Origin: Eledone cirrhosa
Taxonomy: Eukaryota
DNA length: 64,000 nt
Direction of reading: 5' to 3'
Assembly (NCBI GenBank): GCA_964016885.1
Contig: OZ024743.1
Location: 368,838,001-368,902,000 of the forward strand
In this document: positions 1 to 13,046 of the stretch, in pieces
Layout: every line of letters starts with the position of its first letter
How positions within the stretch are numbered: the first letter of the stretch is position 1
The notes under the pieces: generated by a model
Databases searched by the model: none
What the model saw: the letters and a program-made list of their open reading frames with translations, nothing else
Told to the model about the DNA's origin: nothing
Made by a program: the position numbers and the translations under genes

Positions 1-13
1 TTTAAGTTTTTCG

Positions 14-1024
14 ATGTTTTCGTGCCAAAGGATGAAGCAGTCATATATTAACACAAATATTAACTTCACGATGGAATACAGCCATCAACAACTCCCCTTC
101 CTCGACATCTTCATTAAGATCCATAACAAAAAAATAGAAACAGACATATACTACAAGCCCACAGACTCCAAGCAATACCTCCCCTTCAACTCTTGCCACC
201 CTAGACACGTTAAAATTAATATTCCCTACAACTTAGCCAAGAGAATCTGTACTATAGTCTCCAATAAAAACATCTGCTACTTACGGCTACAAGAACTAAA
301 GGACACACTCATAGGCAGGGACTACCCTGCATCACTAATTGACAATGGAATCCAACGTGCCCTAAAACTCAGTACCCAGGATCTTAGACACCCTAAAGTA
401 AATCAACCAAAACTAAAAGCTCTTCCATACATCTCCACACACAACCCCTCAACAATGAGGCCTTTGACACCATCCTCCAGAACATCCCTGTATTGAAAAA
501 GGACCATAGAATGAACCAAATTCTACGAACACACGATATCATAAAGAGCAAAAGACAATCCAAGTCAATGAAAAACATCTTAACACATGCCAAAGTACTG
601 CCAACCACAACAACGAAACCCACAGTAAAAAAAATGCGATAGACCCAACTGTGGCATTTGCACAGAGGGTTCGGAATTCTATTTCAAAGATGGACAACGT
701 TTTATAGTAAAACACAATTTCACATGTGCATCGGAAAATTTAATATATGTATTAACTTGTTCAGGTTGTCGAGAACAATACATAGGCCAGACCAAAATCA
801 GCGTCCGCCAACGCATGACTGTCCATAGATCCCAAATTAAAATACGGGAATACAGGAAAATACCACTGAGTGAACACATTGATACCTGTGCCGCCCAAAA
901 TCATCCCAACTTCAGAATCTTTCCCCTCTACAAATTTAAAGATAATGCCACCCACACCCAGCGCATCAGCAAGGAATCTTACTTCATTAACAAATACGGA
1001 CCCCGTCTAAACACTTCTCCCTAA
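14..1024 (+). mobile_element. Penelope-like retroelement, 3' part (RT C-terminus/thumb, linker, GIY-YIG endonuclease), frameshifted
   Basis: LPFLD..TDIYYKPTDSKQYLPFNSCHP..NIPYNLAKRICTI is a typical PLE RT end/thumb. After shifts near 450 and 630 it reads CASENLIYVLTCSGCREQYIGQT..RQRMTVH..PLSEH..RISKESYFI..PRLN (GIY-YIG). A short 3' UTR runs into (TA)n at about 1170. Confidence 0.88.
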
Positions 1025-1142
1025 GACGAACCCACAACATACACACGTCAACATACATACCTACATCAGTACACATCTCTACCCACATATAAACACAATG
1101 ACACACGTAAACACACATGCTCTATGGTGCAATACAAAAAAA

Positions 1143-1166
1143 TATATGTGCATATATATGTATTTA

Positions 1167-1233
<67 letters not shown>

Positions 1234-1552
1234 AATATATGTATGTGTGTGTATATATATAGTGAATATCATTTCACACCTTTTATTGTTAAGATTTTTG
1301 ATGTTCTATTAAGAGAACCGATTTTACTGAAAAAATCGAATAATGTACACCATTTTACCAGGGGGAAGAAAAAATACTGGTCCACCCACACACACACACA
1401 CACACACACATACACACATATATACACAAACATATACACACGCGTACATCAACATACAAAGAGACTTATACACACACACACACACACACACACGCACTTC
1501 TCCGTATAAGACAAAAGCTGAAAAATATCTTTTGACCTTCGAATGACTCTGC

Positions 1553-1593
<41 letters not shown>

Positions 1594-1662
1594 ATCTTAA
1601 TAGCCATTTGACACACATCGCTGCTGGCCATTGTCGCAGCATCGAACACCTTACTACTACTA

Positions 1663-1712
<50 letters not shown>
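1143..1712. repeat. (TA)n and (CA)n microsatellite cluster
   Basis: Directly visible tracts; they generate the IYIY/HTHT pseudo-ORFs. Confidence 0.95.
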
Positions 1713-1713
<1 letters not shown>

Positions 1714-1716
<3 letters not shown>

Positions 1717-2160
1717 CTGTTGTGAAAGAGTCATTTCTCAATCTTGGCGCAAAACCAATTTTTTATCCACATCAATCAAAATTGTTTTGACCAAGAATTT
1801 TTGCTGGAGCCACTTTTTTAACATTTTAACATAAAAACAGTCTTGGCGCAAAATCAACTTTTTACATTCACATGACCTCTACCGACCAATCAAAATTGTT
1901 TTGACCACAAGCATTTTTGCAACACAAAAATAACGCTGGAGCCACTTTTTTAACATAAAAACAGGTAGAATTCCCAAAACTAATCAGATCAGAGCAAACA
2001 GCACGGACACTCTATCTCAAAATTATTTTTGAAAAGCATTTAGAAATGCGCAACCGGTAAAAACTTAAAAACTTAAAACCACAATCACTAATACTCTTTT
2101 ATTCCTAATTAAACCATTTTTCAACAGTGAACAATTTGTCAGCATTTTCTATTCCGTTTA

Positions 2161-2165
<5 letters not shown>
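1714..2165. mobile_element. Unclassified non-coding interspersed element with an internal direct repeat; partial second copy at 24151-24333
   Basis: TCTTGGCGCAAAA..CAATCAAAATTGTTTTGACCA..GCTGGAGCCACTTTTTTAACAT occurs twice inside it. 2008-2165 is nearly identical to 24151-24333, and both end ...CCGTTTACCAATATATA. Confidence 0.6.
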
Positions 2166-2233
<68 letters not shown>

Positions 2234-2459
2234 AATCATAGTACTTAACTGATACTTTATTTATCGACCGCAAAAAGATGGAAGGCAAAGTAGACCGCAG
2301 CAGGATTTAAACTCTGAGTGTAGTAAGCCAATACAAATACCAAAATATTTTGAATCTGACACTCAAACAACTCTCCAATTTGCTTTATTTGTTGGCATAG
2401 GAAAATAGATTAATTTAGAAATTAATTAAATAATTTGGAGATATTGTATTATTGTTTTT

Positions 2460-2660
2460 GTTTAGTCACATGTCAGTCTTACTTGATTTAATTGATTAGG
2501 GTTTTAATGAAAGGTATATTAGCCATGACTATCCCATCTTTTTGTACATCAAGGACAACATTATTCATTGTATGTTTCTGTTTTTAAGATAGTAGGATGT
2601 TATTTAAAGGAATTTGGTTGCTGTTTCTAGCAGGACGAGCAACCCTATAGACACTTCTTC
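2460..2660 (+). repeat. Old unclassified dispersed repeat; related copies at about 34180-34385(-), 51712-51895(-) and 57160-57332(+)
   Basis: Shared diverged blocks such as AGCCATGACTATCCCATCTTTT and TTTGG(T/C)TGCT(G/A)TTTCTAGCAGG. Confidence 0.5.
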
Positions 2661-3548
2661 ATGAACTTGTGCTATATTGGTTATGTAGGTAAGTGGGTTG
2701 AATATTATATATAGGTTGGTTCAACAAAATCTCTCTCTGTATATAAAATCTATATATATGTCAGTTGTTGATAGGTAGATCACTTGCATATCTTATCTTA
2801 AATATAAATAAAATTTAATAGTTCTATTTCTTCTGTATTCTCACTTTGACCCCTCCTTATACATGCTCCGTTGGTTGTCATTAATAAGATACTAAACTGT
2901 AAAAGTTTCTATTTCATTTATTTATATTCTAATAGTGAATTATCATCTTACAGCTGGTTTAGTAATGATTTTAATGTGACAAGAAATTGCTGGACTCATT
3001 GTTGGTTCTCTGATATTTCAATAATTTTGAATTGTTGGTTAATAAGATGAGTCTTTCAAGTCTCACAGCTATAGAAATGGTCACTACAATATTGCTTTAT
3101 GTATTCAGTCATGTGAAAAGTACACGTTAAAGGTAACTGAATGAGTAATATACTTTAATGCGCTGTATTTGAGCTTATATTAATGTCCACTATTGTTCAG
3201 ATATAAATAAGTTAGTTGAAATGTTTGGAAATCTTGAGGAAATGTAGTTTGTTGGATGAATAGCATTATGAAACAGGATTAATAAGTTAGAACCTTGAGG
3301 TACAATGTTATTTTTTCCCTTAAAATATGAATTATGTTTGTTAAATAACAATTTGAGGACAGATGAGAGATCCTTGCTATTAAAAGATGCAAATATAAGT
3401 TTATGGGTTAGAGTGAAATGATTTCCAGGCTGTATAAGCTACAAAAGAGTGGTTTCATTTAGAGATAACAGTCAGTAAATTGTTGATGATGGCTAGAGAT
3501 TACATCTATGTGTATACATACACACACACATACACACTCATCATGCCA

Positions 3549-3579
<31 letters not shown>

Positions 3580-3844
3580 ATAGTCCACGGTGTAAATGTG
3601 GTTGGCGCTAAGGAAGGTATCCAGCCATAGAAGCCAAGCTAGAAACAGTTCTGTATGAGCAAGACATGGTCATTTGTTCTTAAATGTCTCACAATGGGAT
3701 AACTCATCTAACCCATGCTAGTATGGAAAAATGGATGTTAAACAGTAACAATGATGATGATGATGATATATCTAGCTGAGCAGTGAAGAAACAACACTTA
3801 AGCCTGCCAATTGGTTTATTGGTAAGAACTCACATCATTAATGT

Positions 3845-4369
3845 ATGGCCCTAAGATACTTGAATGGCTCTGCTAGCTTCAGTGGAACTCCATTCACCTG
3901 TACAGTGCACAGTCTTCCTTGAGAGGATGATTGACTCAGTTTTTTGCAGCACTGATTTTCATTCCAGCCATGCAACACTCAGCATCACATACACATACAT
4001 ATATACAAAGTACCAGTAATGCACTGGGTAATTGCTGGCCTTGTGCCTAAAGTAGAAACAATTAATGTATATGCAAGTAAAAAACTGTGTGATGAGATCG
4101 TATCTGAGTATTACATAACAGATGCCATGGAAATATGTATAACAGTGATTAGACAATAAATGGAATGTGGTGAAAGTCAAACATACTGCTTTCTAACTCA
4201 TTACTTTGTATATATGTATGTGTATGTGATGCTGAGTGTTGCATGGCTGGAATGAAAATCAGTGTTGCAAAAAACTGAGTCAATCATCCTCTCAAGGAAG
4301 ACTGTGCACTGTACAGGTGAATGGAGTTCCACTGAAGCTAGCAGAGCCATTCAAGTATCTCAGGGCCAT
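3845..4369. repeat. 168-bp near-perfect inverted repeat (arms 3845-4012 and 4202-4369)
   Basis: The left arm is the reverse complement of the right arm, with 2 mismatches found by eye. Confidence 0.9.
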
Positions 4370-5045
4370 GTTCACGAGTTATGGAAGGCAGAAGGCTGCA
4401 TTAAGTGCAAGAATTGCAAAAGCTGGTGCAGTAATGCGCCAGCTTCAGTAATCAGAAGGGAGGTAGGTGTAAAAGCCAAACTCGATATCTTCAATTCGGT
4501 TTTCGGGCCAAATCTTACCTATGTTCATGAATTGTGGGTAATGACCGAAAGAATATGATCGTGAATACAGCGGCCAAAATAGGGTTCCTCGAAAGGGTGT
4601 TTGGAGTAATGTTACTTGATAAAGTGCGTAACTCGGAGATCAGAGAGTCACTTCAGGTAGAGCCACTACTTTTAGGAATTGTGAGATCACAGCTCTGATA
4701 ATATAGACATGTAGTTAGAATGTCTCAGGAAAGAATTGCTGGACAGATTTTAAGGTTGAAACCAACAGATATGAGACCCAGGGGTAGACCATGAGCAAGA
4801 TGGTTGGATATAACATCCTGAGCTTGGTTGGTCACATTTGGGGATCCAGCCAGATCAGTTGGAGATGGTTGCTTCTGACAAAAGCTGCTGGAAGGAGTGT
4901 TTGGGGACTCTGGTCCCACAACCCTCTCAGGAATAAATGGGTGAAGAAGAAGAAGAAGAAGAAGAAGAAGAAGAAGAAGAAGAAGAAGAAGAAGAAGAAG
5001 AAGAAGAAGAAGAAGAAGAAGAAGAAGAAGGAGGAGGAGGAGGAG
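4228..5045 (+). mobile_element. Rex3/Expander-like RTE LINE, 5'-truncated and decayed, with (GAA)n tail
   Basis: AKLDIFNSVFGPNLTYVHELWVMTERI..DKVRNSEIRESLQVEPLLL..RPRGRP; the tail (GAA)n/(GAG)n spans 4943-5045. Confidence 0.8.
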
Positions 5046-5117
5046 GCAATAATATAGAATATGAACTGCATGAGTTGTTGGTATGAGTTGCTGGCAATGA
5101 TTATATGTAAATATGTA

Positions 5118-5465
5118 TGGCTTAATGGTTAGGGTTAGGGTTAGGGTTAGAGTTAGCGTCACAGTATTTGACTTATGACTCAAAGGCTGTAAATTTGAAT
5201 CCTGGTAGCATGCTATATCTTTCAGCAATACACTTCATTTCATGTGGTTTCAGTTAATGCAGCTGAAAAATTTGTTTTGCACCAGATATTTAAAGGACTA
5301 GCTGTGTCATACTCTGTGTCACATTGAATCTCCCTGAGGACTATGTTAAGAGTATAGGTTTTTGTGGAATGCTCAGCTACTTGCACGTTAATTATCTGAG
5401 CAGGCTGTTCCATTGATTACATCAACTGGAAGACACATTGTTGGAACTGACAGAGATTCAACTGA
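5118..5465 (+). mobile_element. Decayed tRNA-derived SINE; related copy at about 6245-6500
   Basis: A-box-like TGGCTTAATGGTT, B-box-like TTTGAATCC; body GAATCTCCCTGAG..GTGGAATGCTCAGCTACTTGCACGTTAAT shared with 6360-6430. Confidence 0.6.
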
Positions 5466-6074
5466 CAACACACAAGTAAAAGTACATGTGTTATATCGTT
5501 TAGTGATGATTCTCTATAAAATATAGTGTTTGTGTGGTGTATAACTTACTCATAGAACCAGTAGGATTTTCAAGCAGTTTGGTATCAAAAGGGTTAATGT
5601 TTAGTAAGGCACTCCTCAGAGAGCTAGACTCTAAATAATTGCCTAGTTGGCCTAATTATAGTGCTAGCCAGGACCATCCCAGCACCAGATTTTGTTTTTA
5701 AGATTCTGTTTGGACACTCTAATTACAATAATTCTAAGATGTTGTTTCAGAATAAACATGTCATTGTAATTTTTTCTAAATCCGAGGGCGTACCACTGAA
5801 AAGTAGGGGGAGGGGCAGTAGTATCCTGTCCCCAGCCACGCACTAGTGAAAAGCCGAGTGCTGACCCTGTTGTTGCTATGGTTTCTAGAGTTTTGTTCAT
5901 AGATTGTGTTTTTTGTCACATTAGTGCTCCAAGTATTATTGGTACTGTTTTTCACTTTCATACCCCACCCCTGCTTATATCAATTTCAATATTATTGTAC
6001 TTTGATAAATCAAAATCCTTCCTGGTACTTTAGGTAAACTTCATAACTTAGTAAATCAAACTATTGACCTGATT

Positions 6075-6246
6075 ATCATCCCCACCACCATCACCACCAT
6101 CACCACTACCACTACTGCCACCGCCACTACCGTCACCACCACCACCACCACCACCACAACCACCACCACTACCACCACCACTACTACTACCACTACTGCT
6201 ACCACTATCATCACCATCATCATCACGCCACCCACCCCACCACCAC
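6075..6246. repeat. (CAC/CTA/CAT)n trinucleotide microsatellite
   Basis: Directly visible; source of the poly-Gly and poly-Val pseudo-ORFs. Confidence 0.9.
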
Positions 6247-6864
6247 AAGTGTTGTGTCCTTGAGCAAGACACATTATTTTACGTTGCTCCTATCTACTCT
6301 GCTAGCAAAAGTGAGTTGCACCTGTAATTGAAAAAGGTCAGTCTTGTCAATCACTGTGTCATGCTGAATCTTCCTGAGAACTATATTATGTGTACAAGTG
6401 TCTGTGGAATGTTCAGCCACTTGCTTTTTATTTCATGTGTAGACTGACCCATTAATCAAATAACTGGAACATTTGATGTCAGAATTGACAGAGGCCCAAC
6501 AACAATACCAAAAACCTGTGGTATCTAGTGAAGAATGAGTTTAAATGATGTAATTCATTTTATGTGTCATATAACACCAGACTAAGTCAGTTAATGCTAG
6601 CATTATTTAGTAAGATAATGTGCTATGATTATTGTTGACATTGATGCAAACTAATTTATGATGAAATAATCTTAATGACTGTACGAGTGGCACACTCACA
6701 CTCAGAATGAAGCAATTGTAGTTGACATAAGATAGCGGAGGCTGGTGTGAGGGAAGACTGAAAATAGAACAAAAATAATGGATGTTGATCATCTAAACAA
6801 ATTTAATTGCCTAGTGGATAGAAAAAAAACAACAAAAATTATTATAGCACCAAAATATTGATTA

Positions 6865-7330
6865 AAGGAAGCCTGTGCAATGCACTCTACATGAAAGTGG
6901 GGTTCTACTGAAGAAGGTAGAGAAGTTCAAGTATCTGGGGCCAGGTTCACGAATGATGGAAGGCAGCATGCTGAATCAAGTGGAGCTAGGTTCATGGGTG
7001 ATGGAAGGCAGGAGGCTGAGTCAAGTGCAGCAGTTGGTGCAGTAATATGTTAGCTTTAGCCTACGGTCATCAAAAGAAGGGAGGTAGGTGTAGAAGCCAA
7101 ACTCGCTATCTTCAATTTGGTATTTGTATCAACCCTTACCTATGGTCAAAGAATATGATCACCAAAACAAATGGCTTAAATGAGGTTCTTCCAAAGGGTC
7201 TTTGGAGTAATCTTACTCAATAGAGTTAGTTCATAGCCAGGTAGAGCTACTACTTCTCCAAATCGAGAGATCACATATTATGGACATGTGGTTAGAATGT
7301 CTCAGGAAAGAATCACTGGACAGATTTCAC
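6865..7330 (+). mobile_element. Rex3/Expander-like RTE fragment, decayed
   Basis: Homologous to 4290-4750 (GAGGTAGGTGTA.AAGCCAAACTCG.TATCTTCAATT; GGACATGTGGTTAGAATGTCTCAGGAAAGAAT). Confidence 0.7.
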
Positions 7331-9430
7331 AAATAAGTTTGGTGAGATTAATGAACTTCTAGGTACAAAACAAATTTTAACATTCTATATACTATGGAAA
7401 ATGCAACGTGATGAAAGGACTTTATCATGTTTCTGTATATACATGTTTGTGTATGTAAGCATAACAATGTGGCTAAGAAGGTCACTCTCCAGCAACATGC
7501 AATTGTTCCGCTGGTGGACACTGTAAATATAACTATATATAACTATAGTTCCTGTTTACCCATTGTGAGTGGAATTTAGTTGACAAAAATTATGCAGAAG
7601 CCTACTATGCATGTGTGTGTATGTGTGTGTGTGAGAGAGCATATATATGTGCGTATATAAGTAAGTATATCTGTGTGTGTGTCTGTGAGTCTGTGTTTGT
7701 GTTCATGTTTAAATACAGTCAGTTGAAAACAAAACAAAACAAAAAAAATTAATTTTGTGTTAGAAAACTAACTTTGCCACTCAATAAAACATAGATCAAT
7801 AAAATGATGAATATGATTGACTAGAAACCTATGAGGGCAGAGTTGCAACATGTTTGCAGTCCAATGACTAAAAGCAGTCAATGAATAAAAAATGTAACAA
7901 AGACATGAGTATCAACTTATTTCTTTGAATATCATTGTAAAAACTGTGATTCACTTTGAAACTTGTTGCTATGACATCCTTCTTGAATTTTCAAGTCACA
8001 TTTATTATATCATAAATATAAAGCTGTTGTGCTTAGTCAATTGGAAGCTTTTGATGAAAAATATAGATTAAGAGTTATTGGTTACCAAGTGCATTTGATC
8101 AAACTTCTCACTCTTCTATCTAAAAGCAATAATCATTACTGCCCTGGTTGGTTCAGTTCTGATTATGAATAATAAATGTTATTGATATTTTACTAAATGA
8201 TGACTAATAGTAGCTCGTCTTGATTAACTATACAATTAACAGTAACAGCAATGTTTTTGTTGCTGGTTTTGCTGAAATTTCTTTTTCATCTTTTTAAATC
8301 TACACAATACTCAATATAAAACAAATAACAACAGTAGATTGAATTAAGCATCTTTTAATTTGATAGAAAACTGATTAGAAAACTTCAGTACACATATCAC
8401 TATATGACGACAAACTGAAATTAGAATATACATACTCATACATAATCATACAAACACACTTACACACACGTGTGTGCATGCGCATGCGTGCACACACACA
8501 CACATACACATATAAGGATTGGGTTCTCTGGCATTAAGCTGTACTGCAGAAGACCTGCCCTCCCATATGCACAGGATGAAACAACATGTAGAAGACACTA
8601 GCCTGCAACTAGCATTTCCCTACTCCTCCCCCATTCACCTTCTCTAGTTTTAATATCCTTGCCCTCACCAACTAAATGCCCCACTCTCCTCATCCATGTC
8701 CATCTTGCATACCTACTCCCTTCCCCACCATACACACTCCTATGGTATCTGATCATACTCAATGCCTATATATAAGCGTGGAATGTAGAACATACTCCAA
8801 ATCTTCTCACCCACATCCCATAATGCTGCTGTAAATGTGGTTGGCATTAGAAGGGTATCCAACCATAGAAACCAAGCTAGAAACAGCTCAGGATGAACCA
8901 GACATGGTTATCTGATCTAACTTGTCTCACGATGGGACAACTCATCTAACCCATGCTAGGGTGGATAAATGGACATCAAACGGTGAGGGTGATGATATAT
9001 ATAAAAGAATGCACACTAAAGTCATATCTGTATGTATATAATGTAACCATGACTGCACCAAAGTATATATAAATATACACATTTTTAACATGTAGACATG
9101 TAAATATGCCAGAAAATACGAATTTTCCTGTAAATTGAAAAATGATAAACATTTTTTATTGATTTTTGGGCCTGGTCGGGTCCTCATCATAAGGCGTGTA
9201 TATCGTCAAAACAACCAAAAGAAAATACATGTTTGATGGATATATATAGCCATTTGTTCTTAGTACTATTCTGAAATGGATGTACTAATTTACATATAAT
9301 TAGCACTTGTGTTGATAGTTAATTATCATATATATTACAAAGTGTACTAGTAGAAGACGTGTATGCTAAATTTTTAACTATATACATAGAGAAAGGGTAT
9401 CTGAGACTGCACCAGGGTGTATATAAATAA

Positions 9431-11030
9431 TCATTCATCATTATTGATGATTGGATAGGTTAGATTGGTCCTTTTCAGCATGGCATCTCTCCACTTGTCA
9501 CATTCCTTCATTTTTTCCTCTGCCAGTCTTAGCAATTTGAGGTCTGCTCTCATAACCTCTGCCCAAGTCTTTCTTGCTTGTCCTCTATCGCAACTTCTTT
9601 CCACTTGGATTCCCTGGCATTTCTTCCCCCATTGGTCATTATCCATGTGCATCACATGTCCATACCAATGCAGTCTTCTCTCCTGCACACCATCTTGGAT
9701 TCCCCTTAAACCCAGCTTCTCCCTCAGTTCATTCAAGCTCTGCCTTTCTCTCACATTTACATTGCACATCCAACAAAACATGGCTGCTTCTTTTCTCTCC
9801 AGGCTATGCATGTCTTCTGTGGTCATAGCCTATGTTTCATTACCATGTAACATTGAACACTGCGTATAGCCATCATACAGAAACCTGTTAATTAGGTCAC
9901 CTAGATAGCAGCAGAAACTATCAACCACGTCTATGGACCCTTCTTGTGACGAGAAAAGGTTTATATCATTAGTAGTCTTCCTCTCGATTTCTCCTGTGCA
10001 TCTTCTACAACCAAAGTTCTTCCTTCCTGTTAGTCTACTCGTTATCTTACTATATATTTTGTGTACCTAAGATTTACATTGTGTAAATTGTATGCATATT
10101 GAGAATGGCCACTTCCCTGAGGGAATCTGAGTCCTGTATTCTCTCCCAGTCACTAGCACTTTAATTTTGGCTAAGTTTACTCTTAAGACTTTTGATTCCA
10201 AATTCCGTTTCCATAATCAGAATATATTTTCTATTTTCTTTTTTGTGTCAGCTATAAGGACCAAATCATCTGCATAGAGAAGTTCTCATGGGCAGCCCAT
10301 TTTAAACTCCTCTATTATGGCCTGAAGAACAATAATGAACAGCAGTGGGCTAAGAATTGAGCCTTGATGAACTCCTACCTCTACCTTGAATTCCTTGCTA
10401 AACTCTTTTCCTACTCTCACTTTACTGACAGCTCTTCTGTACATAGCTTGTACTGCTCTCACAAGCCATTCTTCTATACCTAATTTCCTTAAGGATCACC
10501 AGATAATAGATCAGGGTACTCTGTCAAAGTCATCTTTAGATTAACAAAAGCTAAATATAATGGTTTATTTTTTACTCAGAACTTCTTTTGTAGTTTCCTC
10601 ACTAAGAAGAGTGCATCTGTCATACTTTTCCCAGGCATGAAACCAAATTGCATCTCATCTACTTTGACTCTTTCCCTAATTAGCTGCACTATAACTCTTT
10701 CTGTCACTTTCATAAATGAGTTCATTAGTTTTACTCATCTATAGTTGCTCCTTTCTAGAGCATCACCTTTGACCTTGAAACAATTCATTATTGTACTGCT
10801 GTGCCAGTCATTGTGTATGACTCCGTCATGTATTACTTGTTTTACTATACAGGTTACTATTTTGACTCTTACCTCTTCTGATGCTTTTACCATCTCAGCA
10901 ACTATTTCTAATAGTGCTGCAGCTTTACTATTTTTCATCTCCTTGATTGTGTCTTTGACCCTAAAACTATCAACTTCAATACATGATCCTTCCTTTAGGT
11001 AAGTTGTGGGTGATTTCTTTTCCTCCTATG
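9431..11030 (-). mobile_element. Old RTE LINE pseudo-copy (RT, PHD remnant, C-terminus)
   Basis: KGDALERSNYR, GVHQGSILSPLLF, LYADDL, QERRLHWYGHV; many stops and frameshifts. Confidence 0.88.
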
Positions 11031-11448
11031 TAACTTGGAAAAGTGGAATATGCACTTGCAACTGACTCCAGAGAAACACTGCTTAAATAATCGAATGCTT
11101 CAGTCACTGTCCACACAAAGCAAAATTCATTCTAAGAAAATGGTATAGACCAGACTAACTGATTTTAATTTCAAGGAATCTAATTTCTTTGAATTACTAA
11201 CTTTGCACAAGTTCCCCATCTTTGTAGGCTTTGTTTTTATAGTTAACCCCTGTACTTTATCTAAAAGACTTGTTTATGTATCGCTAAATGTTAAATTACC
11301 TGCCCTTGAACTTTCAGGAATCTTTTAGGTATCTCAAATCAACCTAAGGAGATAGCTGTTTTTATTTTATTTAACAGCGGCTGTATAACCAATGTGTACT
11401 GGATATGTCACTGTTGTGACTAATTATATATATATATATATATATATA

Positions 11449-12200
<752 letters not shown>

Positions 12201-12427
12201 TATATATATATATATATACCGTCCAAACCCATGCAAACGTGGAAGATGGACGTTAAACGATGATGATAATGATGATGATATATATATATATATAAGTAGA
12301 AGGGATATTTAATTTATTGGAAATTCAACAAATATAAATGTTTATAACTGATTCAGAGCACTCGACAGATTTCTGGAGTAAATATTCAATATTAAATAAA
12401 TGGAAACTATATTTATAAAACCATATT

Positions 12428-12489
12428 TATTCTATTATATATATTTCAAGGCTACCAAAAACTTTGGTACGCTTTCATCAGATAAAATA
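12428..12489 (-). ncRNA. Hammerhead ribozyme, type I, minimal stem III
   Basis: Minus strand: TATTTTAT-CTGATGA-AAGCGTACCAAA gtt TTTGGTAGCCTT-GAAA-TATATA-T-A-ATAGAATA; 8-bp helix I with one G-U pair. Confidence 0.7.
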
Positions 12490-13046
12490 CAAAGTGTGTT
12501 TTATAAATTTTGACATAGCCAAGGAAACATACCTTATCAGTTGAATTTTCCTTGGGTAGTGAATTTAAAGAACGGATTTTTTCAAACTTTTAGGATGAGT
12601 ATGCAAATGAATATGTAAATGAGGTTGAGTTATATGATTGAAAAACGCTATGGAAAGTTTAGATATATTAGTAAGAGAGAAAGAAAGAAAGAAGAAAAAG
12701 GAAAAAGAAAAAGAAGAAGACCGCTTATATACGTTAATTTGGCGGAAATAAATTTGAATATTTACCTATATTATGTATATATTTATATGGAGAATTATGT
12801 TTGTAAGTATTTATCTTATTACTAACAGTGGTACCCGGCATATTTTGGAACGTGGGCTGCCAACAGTCCTACTGCATGCCTCGACAATGTATATATGTAT
12901 ATATGTATATATGTATATATATATGTATAGAAGAAATACCTGTGATGGTTGGAAGATCACTGATGAGGACCACTTTATTCATATGTAACCCATATGCAAC
13001 CACGCAGCACATTTATTCTCATATATATATATATATATATATATAT

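Noticed and set aside
1066-1834. ORFs rich in IY, HT, CV, poly-K/L/S (also 4725-5228, 11392-12196, 26224-26599, 35672-36318, 49165-49409, 56614-56917)
   Set aside because: Translations of microsatellites, which lack stop codons by construction.
2954-3131. Possible exon (TTACAG..AAG|GTAACT) containing a short hydrophobic ORF
   Set aside because: The ORF stops before the donor and the other frames are closed; no independent support.
12930-12980. GAAA..TGAT..ATCA-CTGATGA, a possible permuted hammerhead
   Set aside because: The cleavage position would be G, and neither stem III nor helix II forms.
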